Notes under the pieces: model-generated
The model's database searches: none
What the model saw: the letters and a program-made list of their open reading frames with translations, nothing else
What the model was told of the DNA's origin: nothing
Shown: positions 1 to 14,865 of the stretch, piece by piece
Layout: each line of letters begins with the position of its first letter
How positions within the stretch are numbered: the stretch's first letter is position 1
NCBI GenBank assembly: GCA_965213685.1
Contig: CBDBZY010000016.1
Location: forward strand, 256,001 to 320,000
Direction of reading: 5' to 3'
Source: a bacterium
Lineage (GTDB): Bacteria > UBA8248
Length of the DNA stretch: 64,000 nt
Made by a program: the position numbers and the translations under genes

Positions 1-347
1 ATAATATGAGGACGCATGATTGTATAGGTGTTCATACAGGAGAGGGTGGCCACCGATACAGCAGTACTTCTTGTCACAAACACAGAGAAGAAACTCTAGC
101 CTTGTGACTCAGCTACTTGTGGAAACACTGATATATTGTCTATAGTATACCACACAATAATATAATCACACAGTACTCCATTTTGGACACGCACACTGTG
201 CTCTACTCACTAGCTACTGGTGTCATGTGAATTTCAATGTTTATACAGCCCAACTTCCATTCAGAGACAGAGGTCACTGAGGTCATTTAGTGTATTAGAA
301 TACTGGGCAATTGGTGCTGGTATTGATCCACTGTTGTTAGCTTTACA

Positions 348-2474
348 ATGGCTGCCTGTGGAGACACAGTTGAGAAAGCTGCCTCCTCCCTCACCCCTCG
401 AGACCTCACCCTCCCTGGTAGGTCCCTCCCTCCTGCCATGCCCCTCATCATCTCCACCCAAGACAGCTGGGACCCTCACAGCTGCAAGCTGGAGACTCAC
501 CAGCACAACAGCCAACCACAACACCTACAGATAGTCACAGACACTCTACAGCTGCTGGGAACCATCAACAAGCCTGTGGCTGTCCTGTCCATCTGTGGTC
601 CCTACCGCTCGGGGAAATCCTACTTCATCTCCCGACTGCTGGGCAGGCCTGGGGCCTTTCAGCTGGGCCACAGGATGCAAGCCTGTACACGTGGAATCTG
701 GATGGCCACCACTGTCCTGGAGTGTGAGCAGTTTGTCACAATCTTGCTGGACACGGAAGGCATTGATGCCATTAGAGCCTCTGAGACCATGGATGCAAGC
801 TTGCTGACTGTCACCACACTCCTCAGCTCCTACCTCATCTACAACTCCATGAAGGTGCCCCAGAAGGTGGACCTGGACAAGATGAGGTGCTTCACACAGC
901 TCTCCAGGTCTCTGCTCGTGCAGAAAGGGAAGTCCATGAGGGCAGAGGTCATGAGGAAGTTCTTCCCTCACTTTCTGTGGCTACTGCGAGATGTGACACT
1001 GAAAGTGACAGACAGAGCCGGCCAGACCATCTCAGCCACTGAGTTCCTGCACACTCGTGTGCTGGCATCACAATCTGGCCAGCCTACAGAGCTGGGCAAG
1101 TCTCTTTGCAGCCTCTTCCCCTCACTGGAATGCCACACTCTTCCCATGCCAAGTATCAACCCCAAAGTCATCAAGAACATTGTGGAGCAACAGGACAAGC
1201 TGAAACCAGCATTCAACAAGGCAGTGGATGAGCTGATCCAGCGAATCCTGTAGCAAGTCACGCCCAAGAAAGCCATCGATGGAGTGAGTGTGGTGGATGG
1301 CCCAGCTCTAGCTGCTCTGACCCATGGCTATGTGGATGCCATCAACACACCAGGAGCAATACCAGACCTGGAACAAGGCTGGCAGGCCGTCATCAAGTGG
1401 AAACTAAAGGAACTATCAGACAAGCTAGTGGAGGAGTATAGGAGAGAGATGGAGGAATGTTTAGCAGACAATCTTCCCATGGAGGAGAGGAATCTGATGA
1501 GAATCCACAAACAGACACTGAGCAGGAAAAGGGAGTCACTGCAGCAGGAGATCCGTCGACTCAAGCCATTGAGTTCCACCTCTGGAGACAAAGACCCAAT
1601 CCTGAGTCAACTGGAGCAGGCAATCAGTCAGACAAACGAGGGGGGCGAGGTGATTGGGGGGGTCCTGTTCCAGTTCACCACTCACAACTACTCCAAGTCC
1701 AAGCAGCAGTGTGAAGAGGTGCTGATGGAAGCAGTGAAGAGCAGTGGAATTCACAAAAAGTGTCAAGAAGCCTTCATCAACTCACAGCCACTGGACATAA
1801 TGGCAGAGATACAGGAGATTGACAGGCAATACCACAGGCAAGCTGTTGGACCAGTAGCCAGTGAAGTGCTGGAGAAAGGCCACAGAGAACTGAACCAACT
1901 GGGAGACTCACTCAAGAGAATTCCTGGCTCACCTGGTGAGGTGGAGGTCATTGGAAAGGGATCTGATCGAGTGAAGCTGAGCTGGCAACCTCCAGAGAAG
2001 AACCCTGAGGCTGCTGAGAGCTATGTGGTGTGGAAACAAGAGGAGGGGAAGCAGTGGGAGAGGCTGAGGGAGACAAAGAAGACCAAAATCCTCATCACTG
2101 GACTGAAGTCAGACACAGACTACCAGTTCAGAATCACAGCCACTAATGACCTGATTAAGAGTGTGGCTACAACACAGAACTCATATACAAGGGAGTCAAA
2201 AGCTAAGATGGGAGCTCTTGGTGGTGGTTTTGGAGCACTTGCATTTGCATTGTCCCCAGTTTTAGGTTATCAGGCTATGACTGATGGAGACATGAGTGGA
2301 GGAAAAATAGTAGCCATATCACTCGCCACTGCACCAATCAGCCTCATATGTGCTCCAGTTACTGCTACTGTGGGTGCAGTTGTGTTTGGTAGGGAAACGG
2401 TCAAGCAATGCTGCTACAGTGGAGACCTGTCCCCAGAGAGTGATGATGAGACGTCATGTGACTCCACAGAGTGA
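348..2474 (+). pseudogene. GBP-like GTPase-FN3-hydrophobic-tail gene, leader type A (MAACGDTVEK), with one premature TAG at 1251-1253
   Basis: Motifs GPYRSGKS (G1), CTRGIW (G2), LDTEG (G3) and LLRD (G4) match the guanylate-binding protein family. ORFs 348-1253 and 1284-2474 are in the same frame. Paralogs have CAG at the TAG position. Confidence 0.88.
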
Positions 2475-2899
2475 CATGACAATACTCTATGGCCAGCTAT
2501 AGCTGCTCTTGTGTGTACACGTTCATGTACTCTCATACCTGCCACAATACACACAACATGCACATGTATTTTGATATATTATGGAGTGGATGCAACTCAA
2601 TACAAGCTTTGTTACTATGACATTGTGTTGGCATGGCAACAGCAGACCCTGAGTGAGCATCCATAGTGTGGGTGGAGCCAGAGAGGTCACCAGTGGGTAG
2701 CACACACAGCAGTGATCATCACTGGTTGTCATGACGAGATGGGCCATGTCAATAATTACGTAGTTGCTATAACATGTCACTGTCTGTACCGGCTTCTGGT
2801 GCAATCTGATTGGTCATTTGATTCTTCTCATCACATGATTTGTTTGCATTGTCACGTGACTTGGTTTCTGAGTTCTGGTTGGTGGCTAAATGGTGGCTG

Positions 2900-6267
<3,368 letters not shown>

Positions 6268-6433
6268 AGCAGCGGAAGAATCGCCACACGGTCTCGGCAA
6301 ACACGACAGCAAAGTATACTAACGTGTACGGTGAGTTGCCTCCGTGTATGTCGAGTATCCGGTAAATGGGTGAGGCTGCAATACGAGCAGCTCCTAGTAG
6401 TGTGGTTTACTGAGCTAAGAGAGAAGCGTAGCG
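6268..6433. promoter_or_regulatory. Probable bidirectional promoter between kintoun-like (-) and ICAP1-like (+) genes; repeated at ~20630-20799, ~37774-38009 and ~58381-58546
   Basis: The divergent ATGs at 6267(-) and 6434(+) are only 166 bp apart, and the interval is CpG-rich relative to its flanks. Confidence 0.6.
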
Positions 6434-8618
<2,185 letters not shown>

Positions 8619-8673
8619 CCTGTGTATTGTGCCATTATATGTACTACCACTATTACATCATGGTTTAAAATGA

Positions 8674-8700
8674 CCAATCAAAACTCACTGCCCATATAAA
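8674..8700 (+). promoter_or_regulatory. CCAAT + TATA-like core promoter upstream of type-B GBP copies
   Basis: CCAAT at 8674-8678 and TATAAA at 8695-8700. The same arrangement lies upstream of the copies at 22910, 40175 and 60899. Confidence 0.4.
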
Positions 8701-8845
8701 GATGAAAAATTCCCCCTGCTGTTACAACCCTGACATGTAATTATGGTTTGCTATGCTCAGCAATTCCATAACGTGTAGCAAGAGAGAAGCACTAGAAATC
8801 ACCACTTTCTCATTGCCTCACTCCAGTACCAAACAGCTACCAGCG

Positions 8846-10951
8846 ATGGCTAAGAAGCAGGAAGTTCCCTCCCTCACCCCTCGAGACCTCACCCTCCCTG
8901 GTAGGTCCCTCCCTCCTGCCATGCCCCTCATCATCTCCACCCAAGACAGGTGGGACCCTCACAGCTGCAAGCTGGAGACTCACCAGCACAACAGCCAACC
9001 ACAACACCTACAGCTAGTCACAGACACTCTACAACTGCTGGGAACCATCAACAAGCCTGTGGCTGTCCTGTCCATCTGTGGTCCCTACCGCTCGGGGAAG
9101 TCCTACTTCATCTCCCGACTGCTGGGCAGGCCTGGGGCCTTTCAGCTGGGCCACAGGATGCAAGCCTGTACACGTGGAATCTGGATGGCCACCACTGTCC
9201 TGGAGTGTGAGCAGTTTGTCACAATCTTGCTGGACACGGAAGGCATTGATGCCATTAGAGCCTCCGAGACCATGGATGCGAGCTTGCTGACTGTCACCAC
9301 ACTCCTCAGCTCCTACCTCATCTACAACTCCATGAAGGTGCCCCAGAAGGTGGACCTGGACAAGATGAGGTGCTTCACCCAGCTCTCCAGGTCTCTGCTT
9401 GTGCAGAAAGGGGAGTCCATGAGGGCAGAGGTCATGAGGAAGTTCTTCCCTCACTTTCTGTGGCTACTGCGAGACGTGACACTGAAAGTGACAGACAGAG
9501 CCGGCCAGACCATCTCAGCCACTGAGTTCCTGCACACTCGTGTGCTGGCCTCACAATCTGGCCAGCCTACAGAGCTGGGCAAGTCTCTTTGCAGCCTCTT
9601 CCCCTCACTGGAATGCCACACTCTTCCCATGCCAAGCATCAACCCCAATGTCATCAAGAACATTGTGGAGCAACAGGACAAGCTGAAACCAGCATTCAAC
9701 AAGGCAGTGGATGAGCTGATCCAGCGAATCCTGCAGCAAGTCACGCCCAAGAAAGCCATCGATGGAGTGAGTGTGGTGGATGGCCCAGCTCTAGCTGCTC
9801 TGACCCGTGGCTATGTGGATGCCATCAACACACCAGGAACAATACCAGACCTGGAACAAGGCTGGCAGGCCGTCATCAAGTGGAAACTGAAGGAACTATC
9901 AGACAAGCTAGTGGAGGAGTACAGGAGAGAGATGGAGGAATGTTTAGGAGAAAATCTTCCCATGGAGGAGAGGAATCTGATGAGAATCCACCAACAGACA
10001 CTGAGCAGGAAAAGAGAGTCACTGCAGCAGGAGATCCGTCGACTCAAGCCATTGAGTTCCACCTCTGGAGACAAAGACCCAATCCTGAGTCAACTGGAGC
10101 AAGCAATCAGTCAGACAAACGAGGGGGGTGAGGTGATTGGGGGGGTCCTGTTCCAGTTCACCACTCAGAATTACTCCAAGTCCAAGCAGCAGTGTGAAGA
10201 GGTGCTGATGGAAGCAGTGAAGAGCAGTGGAATTCACAAGAAGTGTCAAGAAGCCTTCATCAACTCACAGCCACTGGACATAATGGCAGAGATACAGGAG
10301 ATTGAGAGGCAATACCACAGCCAAGCTGTTGGACCAGCAGCCAGTGAAGTGCTGGAGAAAGGCCACAGAGAACTGAACCAACTGGGAGACTCACTCAAGA
10401 GAATTCCTGGCCCACCTAGTGAGGTGGAGGTCGTTGGACAGGGACCTGATCGAGTGAAGCTGAGCTGGCAACCTCCAGAGAAGAATCCTGAGGCTGCTGA
10501 GAGCTATGTGGTGTGGAAACAAGAGGGGAAGCAGTGGGAGAGGGTGAGGGAGACAAAGAAGACCAAAATCCTCATCACTGGACTGAAGTCAAACACAAAG
10601 TACCAGTTCAGAGTCACAGCCACTAATGACCTGATTAAGAGTGTGGCTGCAACACAGGGCTCAGAGACAATGTGGTCAAAAGCTAAGATGGGAGCTATTG
10701 CTGGTGGTGCAGGAGCAATTGGTCTGTCTCTGATGTCAGTTGCACTTGCTATTGTTATGAGTGATAAAAAAATGAGTATAATAATGGCAGTAGCCATATC
10801 AGTCGCCACTGCACCAATCAGCCTCATATGTGCTCCAGTTACTGCTACTGTGGGTGGAGTTTGGTTCGCTAGGGAGTTGATAAAGGAGTGTGAATGGGGA
10901 GACCTGTCCCCAGAGAGTGATGATGAGACGTCATGTGACTCCACAAAATGA
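8846..10951 (+). CDS. GBP-like GTPase-FN3-hydrophobic-tail protein, leader type B (MAKKQEVP), intact; alternative upstream ATG at 8753
   Basis: Uninterrupted ORF with GBP G1-G4 motifs, an FN3 signature (PGPP..V..LSWQPP..Y..ITGLKS.T.YQFRVTA.N) and two hydrophobic segments. Confidence 0.9.
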   Translation: MAKKQEVPSLTPRDLTLPGRSLPPAMPLIISTQDRWDPHSCKLETHQHNSQPQHLQLVTDTLQLLGTINKPVAVLSICGPYRSGKSYFISRLLGRPGAFQLGHRMQACTRGIWMATTVLECEQFVTILLDTEGIDAIRASETMDASLLTVTTLLSSYLIYNSMKVPQKVDLDKMRCFTQLSRSLLVQKGESMRAEVMRKFFPHFLWLLRDVTLKVTDRAGQTISATEFLHTRVLASQSGQPTELGKSLCSLFPSLECHTLPMPSINPNVIKNIVEQQDKLKPAFNKAVDELIQRILQQVTPKKAIDGVSVVDGPALAALTRGYVDAINTPGTIPDLEQGWQAVIKWKLKELSDKLVEEYRREMEECLGENLPMEERNLMRIHQQTLSRKRESLQQEIRRLKPLSSTSGDKDPILSQLEQAISQTNEGGEVIGGVLFQFTTQNYSKSKQQCEEVLMEAVKSSGIHKKCQEAFINSQPLDIMAEIQEIERQYHSQAVGPAASEVLEKGHRELNQLGDSLKRIPGPPSEVEVVGQGPDRVKLSWQPPEKNPEAAESYVVWKQEGKQWERVRETKKTKILITGLKSNTKYQFRVTATNDLIKSVAATQGSETMWSKAKMGAIAGGAGAIGLSLMSVALAIVMSDKKMSIIMAVAISVATAPISLICAPVTATVGGVWFARELIKECEWGDLSPESDDETSCDSTK

Positions 10952-11377
10952 CATGACAATACTCTATGGCTAGCTATAGCTGCTCTTGTGTGTACAAGTT
11001 CATGTACTCTCATACCTGCCACAATAAACACAACATGCACATGTAATTATTATGCACATGTATTTTGATATAATTATTATGGAGTGGATGTAACTCAACA
11101 CAAGCTTTGTTACTATGACACTGTGTTGGCATGGTAATAGCAGACCCTGAGTGAGCATCCATAGTGTAGGTGAAGCCAGAGAGGTCACCAGTGGGTAGCA
11201 CACACAGCAGTGATCATCACTGGTTGTCATGACGAGATGGCCTCTGTCCTTATTATGTAGTTGCCATGTCCCTATGACATGTCGCTGTCTGTATCGGCTT
11301 CTGATTGGTCATTTTTCAATTGTCATGTGACTGGGTTTCTGAGTTCGTTGTATAATGGCTAAAATGGTGGATGACTG

Positions 11378-11705
11378 CTACTTAACTTCAGTGGCAAAGA
11401 TGTGAGGAGGGGAGGGGTGAGGAGGGGAGGGGGAGGATGGGGAGGGTGATTTTGAGTGTGTTGCTCTCCCATTGAGTTGGTCTACAGGGTAAGAGAGGGC
11501 CAGCTGGAATGAGTTAAGGGAGGGAGGGAAAGAGGGAGGGAGGGAGATGGAGAGAGTAGGAAAAGGAAAGGGAGAGGGAGGGAAGGAGGGAGGAAGAGTA
11601 AGAGGTTGCTAGGATACATCCAGGAGGTATGGTGGTGTTTTGTTCTGAAGTAGCAGCTGTTTCTCAAACACATTCAATTCCACATCTGCTGCAGAGCTCT
11701 GTGTG
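11378..11705 (-). pseudogene. Kintoun-like 3' fragment (last two exons, with deletions)
   Basis: Matches 2900-3460 with internal deletions and is joined directly to a GBP fragment. Confidence 0.75.
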
Positions 11706-11719
11706 AAGGAGAGGAGGCA

Positions 11720-12335
11720 CCAGTCCTGAGTCAACTGGAGCAAGCAATCAGTCAGACAAACGAGGGGAGTGAGGTAATTGGGGGGATCCTGTTCCAGTTC
11801 ACCACTCAGAACTACTCCAAGTCCAAGCAGCAGTGTGAAGAGGCAACCTCCGGAGAAGAACCCTGAGGCTGCTGACAGCTATGTGGTGTGGAAACAAGAG
11901 GAGGGGATGGAGTGGGAGAGGGTGAGGGAGACAAAGAAGACCAAAATCCTCATCACTGGACTGAAGTCAGGGACAAAGTACCAGTTCAGAGTCACAGCCA
12001 CTAATGACCTGATTAAGAGTGTGACTATAGCACAGGACTCACAGACATTGTGGTCAAAAGCTAAGATGGGAGCTATTGCTGGTGGTGCAGGAGCAATTGG
12101 TCTGTCTCTGATGCCAGTTGCACTTGCTATTCATGTTATGAGTGATAAAAAAATGAGTATAAAAATGGCAGTAGCCATATCAGTCGCCACTGCACCAATC
12201 AGCCTCATATGTGCTCCAGTTACTGCTACTGTGGGTGGAGTTTGGTTTGCTAGGCAAATGATCAATTTGTGCTACCACAGTGGAGACCTGTCCCCAGAGA
12301 GTGATGATGAGACGTCATGTGACTCCACAGAATGA
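11720..12335 (+). pseudogene. GBP-like 3' fragment (partial helical region, internal deletion at ~11842, FN3 + tail)
   Basis: Begins at PVLSQLEQ and jumps from GAAGAGG to CAACCTCC. The FN3 and tail are nearly identical to those of the copy at 22910. Confidence 0.85.
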
Positions 12336-12696
12336 CATGACCATACTCTATGGCTAGCTATAGCTGCTCTTGTGTGTACACGTTCATGTACTCTCATACC
12401 CGCCACAATACACACAACATGCACATGTATTTTGATATGGAGTGGATGTAACTGACAAGGACAGTTATTGTCAATACAAGCCTTGTTTATATGACATTGT
12501 TAGCATGACATTGTGTTGGCATGGCAACAGCATATAAATGAGAACCCATCAGTAGTGTGGGTGGAGCCAGAGAGGTCACCAGTGGGTAGCACACACAGCA
12601 GTGATCATCACTGGTTGTCATGGTGAGATGGGCCCCTGTCATCAAATCAACCACAATAATTATGGAGTTGCCATGTCCCCAGCCACAGAGCAGTGC

Positions 12697-12793
12697 TAGC
12701 CTCATTCCCTGGCCTTCTCCCACATGCCAGCACAACACCACACCCAGCATGGTGGAGTGCTTGTGTGTGGAGGGCAGATTGGGAACAAGGCTA
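12697..12793. mobile_element. ~97-bp TAGCCTC...AGGCTA MITE; copies near 25386, 28252, 31640 and 46150
   Basis: Imperfect TIRs tagcctcattccc / gggaacaaggcta, with degenerate 9-bp flanks gagcaRtgc / gagtgatgt. Confidence 0.6.
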
Positions 12794-12827
12794 GAGTGAT
12801 GTGGATTGAATGACCATAAACTAATTA

Positions 12828-12998
12828 TTATACACTGTACATGTAGTGGTGAGTGTTATGAGCACCGCTAGTGATGAGTATCATGACTTGTGTTCCTGTG
12901 GTGACTGAGTGCTGAGGTGATTGTGGTTCTCTTGGCCTGATCCACAGCAGTGGGAACATTCCAATCAAACATCTGATGATGATACCAGCACAGCGACC
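12828..12998 (-). pseudogene. Orphan terminal exon of a TMEM65-like gene
   Basis: A pyrimidine tract + CAG acceptor is followed by GRCAGIII(G/R)CLIGMFPLLWI, resembling the TMEM65 C-terminal helix (GKAVGVTIGCILGMFPLIFF, from memory). No upstream exons are recognisable. Confidence 0.6.
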
Positions 12999-13847
12999 CT
13001 GAGATGGGGGAAGAGGAGGATGAGAAAGAGAGTGAGTACATTAAAACACCAGAGAAAGGAAGGAGAGAGGCAGGCAGGCAGGCAGGCAGACAAGCAACTA
13101 AGCAAGTAGGCAGACAGACAGACAGATAGACAGACAGACAACTGTATCCACTTCAGGAGAGAAGCTTCATAGATGCCATAGGGTGGGTAGTATACACAAC
13201 ACTTTGGCTATTATGCCCTCCTCAATGTGATGTACAAACACGAGAAAGAGGTGCTCTATATTGAGGGTGACTATTAATGTCTGAGCCAGCATGCCAGGTA
13301 CTACAGAGCAAGGTTAATTAGGATGCAGAGATAAAATTATGACAAGCATTGTAACATGCTGGACAGGAGTTGTGCGTGTACAATGCATCACAGACTATCG
13401 ACGCTGAGGTTCATTCCTGTGAGATGAGAGGTCCCCAGGAGCCTTTATATCCACTTGCTCTCCCTATAAACTCCTGGAGACCTCTCATCCCAATGTGATA
13501 GCGAAGGAACCCCCCAGAGTGAAATTTGGGGTCCCCGGGAATATCATTCTCTCCATGCAGAGTGCTAGCAAGGCAAACACATATCCACTGTAACACGACT
13601 GCACCCCATGCCACAGTATCATACATGCCACAATAAACAGAACTCAGGACCACTAATCGTAACTGAAAGTAGTTTACCAAAAATTGCGAGTAGGGGCAGA
13701 GCCTGGGAACGAGCTAGGCTAACATGGCCTCCCTCTGCTCGAGCAAAGTTGCGCGACCTTGACCTCTGCGGCTTTGCTATTTTCCGAGTTCAAAAATCAC
13801 TCATCAACATCGCGCGTGTGGACCTTGGGGACGGGGCTAATCCGAAG

Positions 13848-13879
13848 TAGCCTCGTTCCCAGGCCTGGGAACGAGGCTA
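13848..13879. mobile_element. 32-bp perfect palindromic mini-element with 9-bp TSD (AATCCGAAG)
   Basis: tagcctcgttcccagg|cctgggaacgaggcta is flanked by aatccgaag at 13839-13847 and 13880-13888, and is absent from the paralogous site near 26615. Confidence 0.85.
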
Positions 13880-14865
13880 AATCCGAAGGTACTATATATT
13901 TTCCCCAGGCCGCTTACGTGACCACTCGGCCCCCGCATGAATGCGCGCTGCGCGTCCTTGATACAAGTGTACAGCACTCAACTAGCTGGGTAAGAACTCT
14001 TTGGACTTGTGCAAGTGCTCTTCAAACTCTCCTTACTGCAAGGAAAAGAGGTGGCTAAAGTGCTGCAGTGGCTGTTTTGACAGAATGGATGTGAGCACTC
14101 ACTGGGAGATTTTCGCAACTGAACATGCGAACCTTACATCATCATTACACAATATCTCTACTTATGATAGTAGCAATATCTGCACAGAGAAGCAAACATA
14201 CATTACCATACATGGAGTACCACACTCCAAATACATCACACAGGACAGCTATATATGTACATGGCACTGCTAGACACATACAATATTGAGGAAGGTGAAT
14301 TGATGTATATATACACTGCAGCATTGTCACACAACATTCACTTCAATTTGAACCCTTTTCGGGCATAATACTTCCCATGATCATGCAGCTCAAAGCATGT
14401 CATGTAACTAAGTATATAACTCTCTAGCTTTTACCTTGACAGAACACAAATTACCTACTGCTGTGCTTGCCCATATACTATGAGGAATATTTCCCTATAT
14501 TCAGTGAACATGATAACATGAGAGTGCATGTATATGTGTTAAAACAAGAAAGAGTTGTTAGAGGAGTTGCTATACAGCAGTCCTTCTTGTCAAAAACACA
14601 GAAGGAAAAGCTCTAGCCTTGAGACTCAGGCTACTTGTGGAAACACTGACTTACTGTCTATAGTATACCACACAATAATATATACACACACTACTCCATT
14701 TTGGACATGTACATTGTGCTTTACTCACTAGCTACCGGTGTCGTGTGAATTTCAATGTTTATACAGCCCAACTTCCATTCACAGACAGAGGTCACTGAGG
14801 TCATTCAGTGTATTAGAATACTGGGCAATTGGTGCTTGTATTGATCCACTGCTGTTAGCTTTACA

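Noticed and set aside
1251-1259. Programmed stop-codon readthrough (TAG CAA; TGA CTC at 44877 and 53707)
   Set aside because: The contexts are simply inherited from the parental CAG CAA and CGA CTC codons and do not match the full CARYYA or CUAG motifs. Single C>T changes suffice.
546-1951. Recurrent antisense and alternate-frame ORFs over each GBP copy
   Set aside because: They are shadow ORFs whose recurrence reflects recent duplication. Their lengths vary between copies and they carry no recognisable motifs.
1930-2474. Diversity-generating retroelement (NNC codon variation such as AAC/GGC/GAC/CGC/TGC near a C-terminus, with an RT in the window)
   Set aside because: There is no invariant template repeat, variation is not adenine-restricted, and indels are present. 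The only RT belongs to a recently inserted Gypsy element. Positive selection plus conversion explains the pattern.
8846-10951. Calling the GTPase atlastin or assigning a GBP1-7 symbol
   Set aside because: The motifs are GBP-like rather than atlastin-like, but the FN3 + hydrophobic tail and lack of CaaX preclude one-to-one orthology.
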